From assembly GCA_035541055.1 (NCBI GenBank), contig DATKNZ010000401.1:3743-67742 (forward strand): a stretch of 64,000 nt of DNA, read 5' to 3'. This document shows, in pieces, positions 61,582-64,000 of the stretch. This DNA comes from Candidatus Acidiferrum sp. (GTDB lineage: Bacteria > Verrucomicrobiota > Verrucomicrobiia > Limisphaerales > UBA8199). The translations under genes were made by a program, and so were the position numbers. How positions within the stretch are numbered: position 1 is the first letter of the stretch; each line of letters begins with the position of its first letter. The notes beneath the pieces were generated by a model. It saw only the letters and a list, made by a program, of their open reading frames with translations. It was not told the DNA's origin and did not search any database.

Positions 61582-64000
61582 TAGATACGGCCCAACCCCA
61601 GGCACTGCCGCCAGTGACGGGCAAGAGCACGCCCAAGGCGCCGACGCTTGTCGTCTGCCTGCTGCTCGCCCTCGCCACTGCCGCCGTCTATTGGCCGGTA
61701 AGCAGGATGGGATTCATCAACTTCGACGACCCGGACTACGTGAGCGGCAACCCGCGAGTGCAGGCCGGCCTCACCGCCGAAACCGTCCGCTGGGCCTTCA
61801 CGAGCGGTTATGCCAGCAACTGGCATCCCGTGACCTGGCTCTCCCACCTGCTCGATTGCCAGCTTTATCACCTCAAGCCGGCAGGACATCACGTTACCAA
61901 CCTCTTGTTCCACGTGGTCAACACGCTGCTGCTGTTCGGCCTGCTGAGACGCCTGACCGGCGCGTTCTGGCGCTGCGCCCTGGTCGCGGCGCTCTTTGCC
62001 TTGCACCCCCTGCACGTGGAATCGGTTGCCTGGATATCCGAGCGCAAGGACGTGCTCAGCGCGTTCTTCTTCATGCTTACGCTCTGGGCCTACACCTGCT
62101 ACGCAGAAGCCCGAAGGCCCAGCGTCGAAGACCGAATTGGGGAACATCCAACATCCAACATCCAACATCCAACATCCAATGCTCAGCCTCCGGCACCCAC
62201 CACGCACCACGCTCCACGCTTCTACCTCCTCTCCTTGCTCTGCTTCGCCCTGGGCCTCATGAGCAAGCCCATGCTGGTGACCGTGCCCTTCGTGCTTATG
62301 CTGTTGGACTACTGGCCGCTGCGGCGCTTCGCCAGTCTTGAGTCCAAACTCCCAAGTCTCAAGTCCACGCCAGACGCAACACGCTCCACGCAACACGCTC
62401 CACGTTTCACCCTTCAGCCCCTAGCGGTCAGCCTCCTCGAAAAGCTCCCCTTCTTCGCCCTGTGCGCCGCCTCTTGCGTCGTCACTTTCCTCGTGCAGCG
62501 TGCTTCCGGCGCCGTGACCCCGCTGGACAAAGGGCCGCTCGAATCGCGCGTGGCTAACGCGCTGTTGGCGTATGTGCGTTACCTGGGCAAGACGCTCTGG
62601 CCATCGAAGCTCGCCGTCTTCTATCCCAACTTCCAGGTCAGCTTCGACGACTGGCAGGTCGTGGCAGCAGGCCTATTGCTGATCGCCATCACCGCCGGCG
62701 TGTGGCTTCTGCGCAGGCGCCAGCCGTGGCTGCTCGTAGGCTGGTTCTGGTTCGCCGGTATGCTGGTGCCGGTGATCGGGCTGGTGCAGGTGGGCAAGCA
62801 ATCCATGGCTGACCGTTACACCTACCTGCCCCATATTGGCCTGTTCGTAGCTCTGGTCTGGGGCGGCGCGGCGCTTCTCGGGCGGTTGCCGCGCCCCCGC
62901 CTGGTGGCTGCTCCCGTGGCCGCCTGCGCCCTGGCGGCCTGCATGCTGCTCACGGCGCGGCAGCTTTCGCACTGGGCAAACACCCTCACGTTGTTCCAGC
63001 ACGCGGCGGCGGTCACCTCGCAGAACTTTGTGGCCTACACTGTCGTGGGCAACGACTTCGCCGAGCACCGCAAATTCGCCGAGGCCGTCGCCGAGTGCGA
63101 GAAGGCGTTGCGCATTTCACCGGATTACCCCGAGGCGCACAACACCCTGGGCAACGTCTATGCCCAGGAGGAGAAATATGACGACGCCATCGCGCAGTAT
63201 CGCCGGGCGGAGGAGGACGCTTCGTATGCCGACCCACGTAACGGCATGGCCAACGTGCTCATCAAGCAGCAGAAGTATGCTGAAGCTGAAACCCAGGCGC
63301 GCGACGCCTTGCGCCTGGCGCCCATGCATCTTCCCGCGATGTTCTCCCTCGCCATCGCCCTCCACAGCCAGGGCAAGCCGGCCGAGGCCGCCGAAGTCTA
63401 TCGGCGCATGATCGCCCTGAATCCCTCAATTTCCACCCCGCACCGCAACCTGGGCAGAATTCTCGTCGCGCAGGGCAAGCCGGACCAGGGCATTGCCGAG
63501 TTGGCTCTCGCCGCCCGGCTCGATCCAAAGGATGGGGAAACCCGCACGCTTCTGGGCATGACCCTCATGAGTCAAAACCGGCCCAACGACGCCTTTCCAC
63601 ACCTGTCCGAAGCCGCCCGGCTGCAACCGACGAATGCGCTTGCCCAATACAACCTGGGCCTCATTTACCAATCACGGAAGCAGGCGCCCGAGGCTGTGCA
63701 GCACCTGCGCCTCGCGCTGAAGGCGCAGCCGGATTGGCCTGAGACGCTGAACAACCTTGCCTGGCTGCTGGCCGCCAACCCCGACCCTGCGGTGCGCAAC
63801 GGCCCCGAGGCCGTCTCGCTCGCCGAGCGCGCCTGCAAGCTCACCGGCTACCAGGAACCGCTGCTCGTTGGCACCCTGGCCGCCGCTTACGCCGAGGCCG
63901 GCCGCTTCTCCCAAGCCATAACCACCGCTGAGCAGGCCCGCACGCTGGCGCTCGCCGCGGGGCAAACCGCCATCGCGCAGAAGAACGAGGAACTGCTCGC
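61578..64000 (+). CDS. TMTC-like GT-C glycosyltransferase + TPR, paralogue 3 (3' end beyond the window)
   Basis: Hand translation from ATG 61578 (ATGA overlap with the paralogue 2 stop) gives MIDTAQPQALPPV...GFINFDDPDYVSGNPRV...HPLHVESVAWISERKDVLS...TPR units. The frame stays open to position 64000. It is not in the ORF track because no stop lies in the window. Confidence 0.8.
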   Translation, partial: MIDTAQPQALPPVTGKSTPKAPTLVVCLLLALATAAVYWPVSRMGFINFDDPDYVSGNPRVQAGLTAETVRWAFTSGYASNWHPVTWLSHLLDCQLYHLKPAGHHVTNLLFHVVNTLLLFGLLRRLTGAFWRCALVAALFALHPLHVESVAWISERKDVLSAFFFMLTLWAYTCYAEARRPSVEDRIGEHPTSNIQHPTSNAQPPAPTTHHAPRFYLLSLLCFALGLMSKPMLVTVPFVLMLLDYWPLRRFASLESKLPSLKSTPDATRSTQHAPRFTLQPLAVSLLEKLPFFALCAASCVVTFLVQRASGAVTPLDKGPLESRVANALLAYVRYLGKTLWPSKLAVFYPNFQVSFDDWQVVAAGLLLIAITAGVWLLRRRQPWLLVGWFWFAGMLVPVIGLVQVGKQSMADRYTYLPHIGLFVALVWGGAALLGRLPRPRLVAAPVAACALAACMLLTARQLSHWANTLTLFQHAAAVTSQNFVAYTVVGNDFAEHRKFAEAVAECEKALRISPDYPEAHNTLGNVYAQEEKYDDAIAQYRRAEEDASYADPRNGMANVLIKQQKYAEAETQARDALRLAPMHLPAMFSLAIALHSQGKPAEAAEVYRRMIALNPSISTPHRNLGRILVAQGKPDQGIAELALAARLDPKDGETRTLLGMTLMSQNRPNDAFPHLSEAARLQPTNALAQYNLGLIYQSRKQAPEAVQHLRLALKAQPDWPETLNNLAWLLAANPDPAVRNGPEAVSLAERACKLTGYQEPLLVGTLAAAYAEAGRFSQAITTAEQARTLALAAGQTAIAQKNEELL

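Noticed and set aside
61430-62341. 303-aa plus-strand ORF
   Set aside because: It is in the wrong frame. Hand translation from ATG 61578 in the other frame reproduces the conserved TMTC-like motifs and stays open to the window end.
1-64000. Genomic island, prophage or integrative element spanning part of the window
   Set aside because: I recognised no integrase, transposase, phage structural gene, tRNA attachment site or long direct repeat. Composition appears uniformly GC-rich, apart from short promoter-like spacers.

Overview
GC-rich bacterial chromosomal window. The gene content suggests a PVC-group, Verrucomicrobiota-like organism (inference): PEP-CTERM tags, a prepilin-type methylation-motif protein, giant Gly-rich/Ig/cadherin/LamG/RCC1 surface proteins and TMTC-like GT-C+TPR enzymes. 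I support about 36 CDS. They are, in order: (i) a partial secreted protein, a 2209-aa glycine-rich protein built from seven ~263-aa repeats, and an 800-aa protein with a PEP-CTERM tag in its middle; (ii) a solitary beta-class DNA methyltransferase fused to an Mrr-like nuclease fold, next to a 123-bp palindrome; (iii) a five-gene circularly-permuted ATP-grasp / alpha-E / transglutaminase (amidoligase-type) operon; (iv) a NagD-like phosphatase, an LptF/G-like permease translationally coupled to a GAF histidine kinase, a pilin-like gene and Fur-sufB-sufC; (v) an 11-gene, tightly coupled type-II FAS-like cluster (ACP, dehydratase, two ketosynthases, KR, ER, AcpS-LpxL-type fusion, three tailoring enzymes) whose core resembles the rhizobial acpXL-lpxXL very-long-chain lipid A cluster; (vi) a large Ig/cadherin/LamG adhesin-like protein; (vii) TonB-dependent receptor / YfiR-like / two-kinase signalling module; (viii) a vWA-Ig-RCC1 protein; (ix) three tandem TMTC-like glycosyltransferase-TPR paralogues, the last one truncated by the window edge. 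I recognised no rRNA, tRNA, CRISPR array, transposase or integrase. Spacers, including spacers inside operons, hold at least seven families of structured inverted-repeat elements. Several are built from heptanucleotide tandem units, and the same heptamer arrays occur in-frame inside the three TMTC-like genes. All functional calls come from motif recognition by eye. No database search was run.
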